Of a stretch of 64,000 nt of DNA, positions 12,526-23,571 are shown one piece after another (position 1 is the stretch's first letter; every line of letters starts with the position of its first letter). The position numbers and the translations under genes are program-made. A model generated the notes under the pieces. It worked only from the letters and a program-made list of their open reading frames with translations. It did not search any database and had not been told where the DNA came from. Source of the DNA: Ramazzottius varieornatus (Eukaryota; Animalia; Tardigrada); NCBI GenBank assembly GCA_001949185.1, contig BDGG01000005.1:3015972-3079971 (forward strand), in the 5' to 3' direction.

Positions 12526-13910
12526 ATGCCTCGTCTAGTTAACCGTAAAGAACTTGTTCGGTCAGTCGACGTCAAAATTCTGACAGATCTTGTGCTTCAT
12601 GATGTTCTGGATTCTAGTAGCGACGAAGAGGATGAGATGTTGTGCGAAACTGATGGCAGCAGTTCGGAAGATGATGAAGAAATCAAGATAGCTGTCGTTC
12701 GATATTTCGCCACTCAAAGCCGTTACCTTTCCGCGCGAGTGAACTCACCAAAAACGAAAGAGTTAGCCTACCTGATATTCCAGTCAGATGAGCTGACCTT
12801 CAAGAGAAACGCCCGAATGACCAGGCAAGCATTTTTCGCTGTTGTGGACAAAATAGGCTCTCACATTGTCTTCAGGAACAAGAGTCATCACGAACAGGCT
12901 CCTGTGCCTGATCAGCTTNNNNNNNNNNNNNNNNNNNNNNNNNNNNNNNNNNNNNNNNNNNNNNNNNNNNNNNNNNNNNNNNNNNNNNNNNNNNNNNNNN
13001 NNNNNNNNNNNNNNNNNNNNNNNNNNNNNNNNNNNNNNNNNNNNNNNNNNNNNNNNNNNNNNNNNNNNNNNNNNNNNNNNNNNNNNNNNNNNNNNNNNNN
13101 NNNNNNNNNNNNNNNNNNNNNNNNNNNNNNNNNNNNNNNNNNNNNNNNNNNNNNNNNNNNNNNNNNNNNNNNNNNNNNNNNNNNNNNNNNNNNNNNNNNN
13201 NNNNNTTGGCCTACACGAGCGAGCGAGCTACCATCAAAGCTCGTATCGAAAAAAACCAAGGGTTTCCCCACTGCCTCGGATATGTTGACGGGTCACTAAT
13301 TGGTTTACAGGAAGCTCCATCCATGTGTGGGGAAGATTACTACACGCGGAAAGGTAGCTATGCCATTAATGCCATGATCGTCTGCGATGATCTGAAACGC
13401 ATCCGTCATGTTTTCGCTGGTTTCCCAGGCTGTTCTCATGATCACAGAGTGTTCATGTATTCGAAGCTAGCTCTGAATCCATTCAAATATTTTTCTGGTC
13501 ATGAATATCTGCTTGCTGACAGCGCCTATCCCGTATCGGATATTATAGTCCCGACGTTCAAGAAACCCCTGGCCAACAGTCACGAGAACACGGCTCTCAA
13601 CACAGCTCATAGTCAGGCTAGGGTTATCGTGGAACAGACTATTGGAATGCTCAAAGGCCGTTTCCAAAGTTTAAAAGCCTTGCGACTAAGAATCAAGAAT
13701 AAGAAAGATCACGAATTCGCTGTGTACTGGATCAGAACGTGTTGCATGCTACATAATATGCTTCTGGACGACGAATATGATGAAGAGTGGACAGTGGAAG
13801 ATGATGGTGATGACGGCCTGATTCCAAACCCGAATCAACAAGCGGTAGCGACTGAACGAGGTTCAACCAAACGAGAAAGAATCAAGCAATATGTCTTAAG
13901 ATGGCAGTAA
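12526..13910 (+). CDS. Harbinger/HARBI1-like DDE transposase, interrupted by N gap 12919-13205
   Basis: FKRNARMTRQAF, GFPHCLGYVDGSLI, YTRKGSYAINAMIVCD, FPGCSHD, YLLADSAY, RVIVEQTIGMLKGRF, CCMLHN. Apparent 1-nt frameshift just after the gap. Confidence 0.92.
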
Positions 13911-14168
13911 ATTTAAGTGGAATCATGAAAGCTAATTTTTCGTATCATTTCATGATTCAGAGAACGTTTCTCCAACGATCGATGCTCTGGAAGAAAGAAA
14001 ATATCAACAGTTCGTTTATTCCAGAAAAACGTATTCGATTCAGTCCAGTTCACTTCGATTTCAAGTCTCAATAGCGATTAGAATTAGAAAGTTGGATTTT
14101 TTGGTTTAGCAAAAAGTAAGAGGTCTAATTTCCTAACTTTCGTGTCTTGGTGTTCATGGTGGAAACCA

Positions 14169-15532
14169 CTACTGTAAACGCTGCTGCTTCAATCTCTCCA
14201 ACTCTAGAAGCATCTCCGTCCGTTTGAATTCCATTTCGGCTTTGCGTAGATCAATCTCTTGGTGTCGAATTCTGAGCTCTTCCATCTTCGTCTCGTGATC
14301 ATCTTTCTGTCGCTGTTCGTTCAGTCTCAGTTCTTTTTCTTTCAAGTCCAACTCTCGGGTGAATCGTCGTTCCATGACCTCGTTCCTAGCCGCTGCACGC
14401 TCATTCCTTTCTTTCCCGCTAGCCACGAGTATCCCTACCAGATCCATTGTTTTCTCTTTTGGCTTTTTATCCATGCCGTCACACAAAGACTTGAATTTTT
14501 TTGGACGTTTCTTTGAAGCTGAGCCAGGTGATCCAGTGAGAGTTTCTTCGTCGTCTGATGGAACATAATCACCGTCAAGCATCTTATCAGCAACCGACTG
14601 ATGGTCCTCTAATTCAGAGTAGCGAGAAGTCGGTCTGTCTTTCGGTACTTCTGCTGAAACTTCGGCTGTCCCTTCGGGAAATTCCATAATCTTTTCCGTG
14701 TTATCTGTTACGGCTAGTGTGAAAACGTTGGTCGCCACGCCATCTTCGTTATCACCTGTAAAAGGTGCAGACATCCCAGCACGATCGCGGAAAACAGGAT
14801 CAAGACGGTCCCAGTACTTGCAAATGTCGAGTATGGTCACTGCAATAATCAGCCAATCAAAGCTGCTGAGCCATCACCGAAAACACGAAAGTGAGCAAAT
14901 CGTTCGGTAAAAGCTTAAACAAACCGTATTTACACACTTTCGTATTTTGACAGCCTCATCTTACCTTATAGCGCTTTGAAATAATCAACCAATCAGAACT
15001 GTCTAACCACCAGCGAAAACTCGAAAGTGAGCAAATCGTTCATTTGAAAGCAAGATGAAATGTTTTTTCACAGTTCCGTAAATTGAAAGTTCGTCTTACC
15101 CCGTAGCGCTTTTCCGTTTTTGGTTCCTTCGCCATTGACACCGAAACCAGTCCCAGTCTTGGCTAGATGAGCCTCTTTCCATTTCCCAACAAGGTTATGG
15201 ACTTTAGTGGTTACTTGTTTTTCCGTCTTTACAGCACCCGACTTTGCAAGATGCTCCACGATCTTCCGCGTGATGTCCATCGTGGTGTTGGAGCTAGTTC
15301 TCTTCCTTCCATCTCCTTTGTCTTGCGGAGCAGACCGAAACTTGTCGTAGTTTCCAGGTGTTTCTAACCACTGGAGGAGGCTTTCTTCTGCTTGCTTAGT
15401 CCATCCTTCCCTCTTCGTGGCTTGAACCGTACACTTTTCTGCCATCCTACTTTGTACAAGAACTTGCTGAACTGCTGGTTTAGGAAGCAGCTGTCCTCTG
15501 TAGAGTATCGAAGGAGCGTCGCAAGAAGACAT
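14169..15532 (-). CDS. Harbinger Myb/SANT-like DNA-binding partner protein (exons 15532-15100 and 14839-14169)
   Basis: W..EESLLQWL...GNY, KQVTTKVHNLVGKWKEA, TGTG, ICKYWDRLDPVF and a C-terminal coiled coil. GT-AG intron joins the two ORFs in frame. Confidence 0.85.
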
Positions 15533-16065
15533 TTCCGAAAGAAAAAACGAACTTCAGCGACCTAACATAAAGTGAATCAAAATAAAAGTATCATGAAACT
15601 AACGTTGAAAATGTTTCCGTCTTCGCGCCAGAACACGTCTCTGAAGTACCGGGTGACGAGTGCAAAACAGCTGTTTTCGGTGGAAAACAGTAAGCCATGT
15701 GACGTCACAACTGGATTTACGCCGCTGGATTTAGCTAAATCGACCTGTTTCGGTGCATTAGATTTAGCTCGATGGGCGGGCTACATTTAGGCTATGGGCC
15801 AATCTGCACGCGAATTTAGCTGAGCTAAATCTGTGGATTTAAATAAATCTGAATTCTGAGTAGGGCCACTGTATAAGGATGTGCGTCTTCCTTTATTATT
15901 GATTCCAACTACACAGTCCGAGCGTGCTCGAGCCACCGTACGACATGACAGATACCACGGCATCAAAAACAATTTCAGATAATTAATATTTTTTGGAATT
16001 ACAGAATTACATTCCCAGGCCAAGTCAGGCCGCTAGCCCACTATGCTTACAATCCGACTGCGTAC

Positions 16066-16467
16066 TAGAGCCCTGCAGCAGGAGCTGAAACCAGTTCTGC
16101 TTCTGCACTGCATCCGGTTTCCAGAAACTGCAACTGCACTGCACTGCATTTAAAAATTAAGAGTTTCTGCCCACCAACGGAAATCCATGTCAAACACAAC
16201 GTAAACGTCATAATTTTACGGAGATTCAACCGAAAAGCGGTAGAATCCGGCCAGAAATGCAAGAAAAGCCGATTTCACTACTGTTTTCTAGCCCACAACA
16301 GTATACTGCGACGAACGGTGCTCACTCTTTCAAAGCTGCAACTGAACTGCAACTGAACTGCAACTGAACTGCAACTGCATCTTCTCACCATTTCGGCGAC
16401 TGCAACTGCACTGCATTGCAGTAAAATGCAGTGCAGTACAGAACGTGCTGCATGTTGCAGGGCTCTA
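16066..16467. mobile_element. non-autonomous hAT element (MITE)
   Basis: TIR tagagccctgca/tgcagggctcta. Exact 8-bp TSD ctgcgtac at 16058-16065 and 16468-16475. Internal (actgc/actga)n repeats. Confidence 0.9.
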
Positions 16468-16659
16468 CTGCGTACAGTCGGAGTGGTGCAGTTACTACAG
16501 TACTCCCGTTTTTCACCCCGTTTTCGGGCTTGTTTCACTTCCGGTTCGAGTGATACTGCGAATGGCTCCATAGCGGAGAGTACTATGTTCTGTTGTTACA
16601 GTAGACTTGAAAGAAGAAGAAGAGACTTTATACTTTGCGCAGTCGAGACGTTGAACATT

Positions 16660-19347
16660 ATGACGGAAACGGCGCAGAGTGTTCTTGCAAGAAGAAAGTC
16701 GGTAGCTCCGGACTACATGAACTACGTCGAGCAGGTGTCTGAGGATCCCACGTCAGGTCGGGACTGGTCGGAAGAAGATTGTCGGAAGTTTGTATGCTGG
16801 TTACTGCGCGACTCGGATCTCAACAGACCCAGATCATCCGGCGCAACTCGTCAGGACATGTACCTTCTTCATTGCCTCCTTTCCACCGACGTCTACCATA
16901 TCGATGGCTTGCTGCTGCCGACGGAAGATGGGGTGATCGAGACAGCCCTATCTCTCGCCGTGTCGAAGAACGACACCGTTCTGATCAAGTACCTTCTGAA
17001 GATGGGCGCATCTGCCGATGTGCTGATCGGACCTGTCTCCTCCGCCTTCAATAAACCTTCCCTGTACGCCTCCGACCGTCCATGTCCTACCTACCCCTCT
17101 CTCCTTATCCAGTACGGTCGACGGCCAAAAAGGAGACCCCTCCAGGTATGTCCAGATTTTCTGACTTCCGGTGGAACATGCGTCCCGTCACTCGGATGAA
17201 ATGAGTGACGTCGCGCCACTTAATATAGGTTGGGGTAGAGTAGAGCGCGATTAACAGCCTGCTAAACTACCTCCTACAGCCGGAAACCCAACTGGCGGAA
17301 ATTGAGAACAACCTCGTCGATCATGTCGCATACCTAGAAGCTATCCAGACTAACCAAGTCATACATCCGTTCGACAAGGGAATCGAGTACGATATGGCGC
17401 AAGTCACGCAGAATCCGGATGTCGGTAAGACTTTTATTACGCAGATCGTTGTCTCAAGTCAAGCGGCGCACATTTTCGTTATTACTGCCACAGCCGTGCG
17501 CCACTTGAGAAATCAAGCTGGGCGAACTTAGTTGCTGTCGTCCCATGTTATGTTCACGTTCTGTAGTGAAGACATGGAGTCGGACACATCGGGCGTACGT
17601 TTACGCTCGGTTGAACCAGCGGCGTCCGAACGGACCGAAAGTAGGCGAATTCAACCGCCTTGACATCTTCCTAACTTACAAAGGCGACATCTCTGTCAAC
17701 AGCTACCTGATCGACGAGCTAATTGAGCGCAAGAATGCCCTACACGAGGCCATCGCTAGAAAGAACCTGTCGTTTCTAGAATGGCTGCTGAAAGAGAAGC
17801 ACGCGGATCCCAATACCCTCAACTACACGGCCAATCTCCTCTTTGACGAAGTAGTCTCGGAGTCCAGTCCCATCGAGCAAACTCTGCGAGGCTTCCTGGT
17901 CTGGGATGAAAACGAGAGTAAACTAGTAGGCAGAATGATGGATATGCTGCTGGATCATGGTAGTGTTATGAATGAGCAGAGGGCCGCGTTGATACGGATA
18001 CTTCGAGACAGCAGTTCGTTGCACATGGGTAGGTTCCTCACCACACTTCAAGTGAGGTTTGGGCAAACAAGCTCGACGAGATCGTTTTACAAGTGACGCA
18101 CGCTATCATCCGGTAACAGTGACAACGTGCGCCACTTGGGAGAACAATTCCGACTGGATCGTATTTGCAAGTGGCGCACACTTCCAGACAATTATATCGA
18201 GGATATGCGCCACTTGGGCAAACAATCCTGTCGAGTTCTGCTACGAGCCCAAAGGGTGTCTACCCTCTAAATTCATTCTAACTTCGTGTACTGTTCTAGT
18301 TTGTATGGAAATGCTGCATTTTATTCGCATGACACAACGCCTCTTGGATCGGTCGCCGGGTGTTCTCACCGAGGAACTAAGCCACGAATTCAACGCTGGG
18401 TTTCCTCTGTACGCACGTATTTCGTGAAACTCAGGTCACGAGTTACAACCATCGATCGACAAGCAAATTAGAGCTTTTTATCATCTTTTCCTTATCAACT
18501 CGAGACCGAAAATATTTCAGAATCTATTAATATTGAGATCCAGGTAAACAAAGTTGAAAAGGTTATTTTGTCAAGTGGCGCGCGGTTTTGGTGTTATTGG
18601 CTGATAGCGTGCGCCACTTGAAGTACGATATTGTCGATCTTGCTTCCGAAAAGGAATTCCGATAGAATATCAGAGAATACGGCTAATGCCGGTTTTCTTC
18701 GTTCCAGATTGGTGCGGTCCTGCGAGAAGAAATGGTTTGAAGAGGCCATCGACATCGGGCAGTCTGATGATCGTATGAACCTGATTCTCCTGGAGGCCCC
18801 CGCTTTCCTCCTCCGTGTCACACCACCCTGCCAGTTCACCCTGCGTCCCGACACATTCCGCACGCTGACCATCTACCGCTCTTACCGCACGCTCGCGGTC
18901 CTCTTCAGCACTTACGGCGGTCGTCTCTCCTCCGTCGAGGCCTTCCGTCTGATGATCAACGTACCTCCCTCCAACATGGAGCCCATCTACTGTTACGCCC
19001 ATCAGATGAAGAGATCTCCCATGCAGGGGGTCATCTATCTACACAATCGACGCGCTCTGGCCTTGGTCGTCATCATGGCGCGGCTCTTTCCTCCCACTCA
19101 GTCGGTGCGGGAGTTTCTAGTGCAGTATTACAGGGTCTTGATAGGTGATCAGAATGTGATGCTTCCCGAGAGTTTATTCAAGCTGACTAATCGCTGTGTC
19201 TCGGTGTTGAAACAGCAAGTGCTGACGGGGAAGATGACGGAAATTTATGTGGCCTCGCGGTTACCTCCGACTCTGTACTATGATATTTATCATTCAGGGA
19301 CTGAGTGTTCAACCCTGGCTATTTATGATCCGAATACGTTGTTTTGA
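16660..19347 (+). CDS. ankyrin-repeat protein with C-terminal SOCS-box-like motif; exons ~16660-17145, 17244-17424, 17567-18028, 18300-18408, 18708-19347
   Basis: Ankyrin repeats TALSLAVSKNDTVLIKYLLKMGASAD and NALHEAIARKNLSFLEWLLKEKHADPN. C-terminal PESLFKLTNRCV...LPPTLYYDI. Splice phases are consistent. Confidence 0.65.
17460..17507. repeat. 49-bp palindromic element (48-bp copy), intronic
   Basis: caagcggcgcac-N24-gtgcgccacttg. Confidence 0.8.
18090..18216. repeat. 49-bp palindromic element, 2-unit array, intronic
   Basis: Units 18090-18138 and 18168-18216. Confidence 0.9.
18572..18620. repeat. 49-bp palindromic element, intronic
   Basis: caagtggcgcgc-N25-gtgcgccacttg. Confidence 0.9.
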
Positions 19348-19534
19348 AGGCTTTTTGATCTCTCGTTCCGCTCGTTGACTGATTTTTGTCTCAGAGATGT
19401 CTGTTTGGTGACGATCCGTCCTTAAGTAAAATAAGTCTAAAGAACCGTTGAGAGAGGAATGAAACGATTCTTCGTCTGCAGAAGGCATATAATAATAAGA
19501 CGCAGGCAAATATACCTATCCATATCTTATAGCT

Positions 19535-19727
19535 CAAGTGGCGCACGTTTTCATTGTTATTGGCCGAGAGCCTGCGCAACTTGAGAAACGACCTGACTGC
19601 ATTCTAAGTGGCTCAGGCCTTCGGTGTTACTGGCTGAGATCGTGCGCCACTTACCATGACGATCTTGTCGAGTTAGTCCGAGTGGCGGACACTTCCATAT
19701 GTATTGCCTGAAAGCCTGCGCCACCTG
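19535..19727. repeat. 49-bp palindromic element, 3-unit array between convergent genes
   Basis: Units 19535-19583, 19605-19653 and 19679-19727. Confidence 0.9.
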
Positions 19728-19967
19728 GGGAAACGGTCGGGTTGAATTCATCTGCCGGTATCCAACCGTTCTAGACTATTCCAGTGAAGCTACTGCAAGG
19801 AACCGAAAACAATTTCATGCATCTTACTTCATCGAAATGAAATGTGAAATCAAACACGTGCTATCACACAAACCATCAACTTCAAAAAATACACATGCCG
19901 AGAAATAAGCTGAGATTCCAAGTGACATCTCTCAGGTGACAGCTCTTCGATCCGCATTACTCAACAG

Positions 19968-20993
19968 TTAGGTGAATACTCGAATCCGTCCATGATAGTT
20001 CAGAAATAAAAAGAACTCACCAAGGCCTCCGTCGTTCAAGTCCATTTCGCAAGAAGACTTGTCCAGCTGTCGACCATCCCACGTTGCGTCGCTTCTGTAC
20101 CCCGACTTTCGTAGCTTCATCCTTGCCGCCCTGTAATATAAAGCAGACGAGTTATAGTTTTCACTTGAAGAGTTGAATGGCCAAGTCTGTTTTACCCAGG
20201 ATATTTGAGGAACTGTTGATCGCGTTGTCGGACCACGCAGACCAGGTCCCCACATTTTCCGAGGTCCTTGAGTGCTTCGATCAGCCACTTGGTTTGAGCT
20301 AGGGGAAAAGGCCAGACCTCACTAGCAAATTCGAAACGCTGCTGCAGTCTTGACCAGATTTGCTGGGCGTAGTCCGGACTTCGGTCAACGTCTGCGCAAA
20401 ACGTCAGGTGAATTGAACGGCCAGAATGCATGGTAGTGCGAAAAGAAGGTGTGCTTCAGGAAATATCTGGACTTCCTGGCACGACAGAACAAAATGGCGA
20501 CTGTTGTCAATGTCGAGGTGGAGCATTTCGTCGAAGTCGCATGCTTTCGCGGTCCATAAAGTGCGCGAAACCAACCTACAGTGAAAGATGCAGCATAGAA
20601 AAGCGTCAGTGCAGACTAAAATCAAATTCGGAGCAAAACTCACTCCGATACGTACCGTCGAATCTCCGTAAACTTCTTTTGTGGGGTACTTAGTGGACGA
20701 AAGAGCGACTTTGAAGAAGATAATCCCACGGTTGAAGTCGGCAATGTTGATGAGCACCGATCTCCACGACCAGGAAAGCCTACAACAAAAACAGCTTGCT
20801 CCTCAGCTCCGCAAGGAACGTAGAACAGGCTCTGTAAAATTCATACCACAACGGAAAACGATGGTAGATAGGAGGCTCGCCGACACAGTCGACTGGACTC
20901 CCGGATGTCCAGGCAAGCCAAGAGTTCGTCCATGACGAGAGGAGGAATGCGGTCCCATAAGTCGACCACATCTTCGTCGCTACTCACATCCAT
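19968..20993 (-). CDS. putative multi-exon F-box-like protein (exon structure unresolved, possibly degenerate)
   Basis: MDVSSDEDVVDLWDRIPPLVMDELLACLDIRESSRLCR resembles an F-box. Downstream ORF segments end at GT donors. Confidence 0.4.
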
Positions 20994-21482
20994 ATCGTGC
21001 TGGACTTCCTTGTCTATAGTTAAAACAGACACCTTAAAATCCACGGGCTACGGCGGAAATTCTGAATAGCAGGATCAGGTGCAGGAGCAAGAAAAGATCG
21101 GGAAATGCGAAAGATCCTGAATGAGAAAACAACGACATTCCATTGAGCTAGCCCCGACGGAACTACATGGCTTGCTTACCATGACCCAACTCATGCTGTT
21201 CAGCGTGTACTGGAGCCGTTGTGGCGGGCTAGTCGGTGCACTTCGTCTGTATTTTGTCTAGCGATAGTTGATTGCCAACCGGAAGTTGATTGCTTCAAAA
21301 TTCAAGCACGAAAGTTAAATTGTTAAAATCCTTCTCCAGCCTTCTCCATTCTTTTTCGCACTTTCTTCCCCTGCGCCATCTCTCATCATTCGCGTTTGCG
21401 CTTTGGGATTTTCGAACAAGAAGGTTTGGGACAGAAACGACAAACGGCCAGCCAAAGAGCCGGTTGCCAGTTAACCCTCAAA

Positions 21483-23389
21483 ATGACAGCTCACAAGCGG
21501 ACGTTGTATGTTGGTGGGTATGAGAACGCAAGTTTTCCACTAATCGAACGCCCAGATGACTCTTTGCTTGCTTTCAGGTGGCTTAAACGAGGAGGTTGAT
21601 GAGAAGTTCCTACATGCTGCGTTTATCCCGTTTGGGCCTATTGTCAACGTCGAGATTCCCATCGACTTCAAGAACAGTTCGTTTTCCTGTTAATCAACAA
21701 TCAAACCACGGCTCCGTGTTGACGCTCACCCGATATCGCTCATCCTTTTTCCATAGACAAGCACAAAGGCTTCGGATTCGTGGAGTTTGAAGGAGCCGAG
21801 GTAAGGCTGTGAACAGTAAAATGTGTAAATTCGTCGCATTTCGCTGAGAGGTACAGACCATGAAGTCTTTGTTCGGCAGGACGCTGCAGCTGCCATCGAC
21901 AACATGGTAATTCCAGAACAGACCCGCAGTGCGAGACCATTCTTTTGCCGTCTAGTCTCCTTTCTTGCTGTAACGAGCTAGTTCTAAGTGCAATCGCATA
22001 GGATGAGGCAGAACTTTACGGGAGGACCATCAGAGTCAACATGGCCAAGCCACAGCGTCTGAAAGAGGGATACAACAAGCCAGGTGAGTTCTTAATTCCG
22101 GTGACGCCATTTCACCAGGCTTGCGTTATGTTCCCGCTGAAATTCCTCATCGACACTCGCCCCTCTGCTCACAGTGTGGTCCGACGACCAGTGGTTGCGA
22201 GAACATGCTGGAGCTACTCTACAGTCCAGTGAGAACACCACTGGGTCCGCAGTACCAGCACCAGCCACGGAGGCCGTCACACCGGAAGCGACCAAGAGGC
22301 CAACTGAAGGAATTGACGTAAGACTGAATAAACACTCTCCCACATCGGATGCTTCCTTAGTGGGCTTGTGTGTGATTGTACTAATGTACCTTGTTTATTT
22401 GTAGGAAGGGACCGTAGCGAAGAAGGCCAAGTCGACCAACCCTCAAGTCTTCTTGGACATCAAGATCTCGAACCGGGAAGCGGGAAGGATAGTCATACTC
22501 CTGCGCGCCGACGTCGTTCCCAAAACCGCCGGTAGGTGACCGGTCTTTCTCGAGGGTCTGAACTTACCTCAGGCAATGTGGGAGTAATAAACATTTCGAT
22601 TGTTTATCCAGAGAATTTTCGGCAGTTGTGCAATCATACGAAAGGCTTCGGGTATCGCGGATCGAAGTTCCACAGAATCATCCCGCAGTTCGTAAGTGCC
22701 GGCAATTACATTTTGTGCGTCCCCAACTACGGTTTCGAGCTTCTATCGATCCCATGCGTATTTTGCGCAGATGATTCAAGGTGGGGACTTTGATAAGGGC
22801 GATGGTACAGGCGGAAAATCGATCTACGGTGCCAAATTCGAAGACGAAAACTTCGAGCTGAAACATTCCGAGCCTGGCGTTCTCTCCATGGCAAATTCGG
22901 GCCCTGGAACCAACGGGAGTCAGTTCTTCATAACGACAGGTGAGAAAGGTTCCGTTTCGAGTCGTTCGCAGCGAAAAGCAAGAACTGGGAACTTGGAAAA
23001 CGTACCCGACAAGATCGACTTCCAAGTGGCGCGCTTTCTCATTGTTACTGGCCGAAAGGGTGCGTCACTTGAAAAATCTGTTCAGTGATTTGCCTCGGTA
23101 CTGTACAAGTGGATTTTCTCCTCCTTTCTGCTACTTTTTCATCTTTTGTTGCGTCTGTTTTCAGAGAAGACTCATCATTTAGACAATAAGCACGTTGTTT
23201 TCGGGCGTGTTGTGTCTGGCATGGACATCGTCAGGAGAATAGAGGTACAGAAGCGTCGCCGAAGTTCTCGAGCTTATTCAAATTCTGCGCACCATGCGTC
23301 TTAACTCTGATGGTTTTCAGGCGTGTGGAACGAAGAACGGAAAACCTACACAGTACATTTCCATCACCAACTGTGGCGACTACATGTGA
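21483..23389 (+). CDS. PPIE: peptidyl-prolyl isomerase E (cyclophilin-33; RRM plus cyclophilin), ~11 exons
   Basis: [11 protein letters not shown]|[102 protein letters not shown]. Confidence 0.96.
23023..23071. repeat. 49-bp palindromic element in PPIE intron
   Basis: caagtggcgcgc-N25-gtgcgtcacttg. Confidence 0.9.
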
Positions 23390-23571
23390 TCAGCCCGAGC
23401 AAGGTTCTCGAACGTCTGTTCATTTTTTGCCTGCACTAATACTTTTCCAGTGGGTGTAATGATAATGTCCTGTTTATCACCTGCTTCGCGAATTTCGTAC
23501 AGAACGAACTTTCGTCAGGTGTGATTACGCCAAATCAGTTTCAAACTGGCCGAACGACCAGCAAAATCAGA

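Larger units (their letters stand above)
12283..15867. mobile_element. full-length PIF/Harbinger DNA transposon (transposase plus Myb/SANT-like gene, convergent)
   Basis: TIR ggccctactcagaattcagatttat (25 bp perfect; 32 bp with 1 mismatch). 3-bp TSD ACT at 12280-12282 and 15868-15870. Two internal genes. Confidence 0.93.

Noticed and set aside
16426-16659. N-terminal extension of the 257-aa ORF
   Set aside because: It starts inside the hAT MITE, so it is most likely a chance open frame.
19535-19727. CRISPR-like appearance of the repeat-spacer arrays (also 36018-36212)
   Set aside because: Repeats alternate in orientation, spacers are homologous to one another, there are no cas genes, and the context is eukaryotic.
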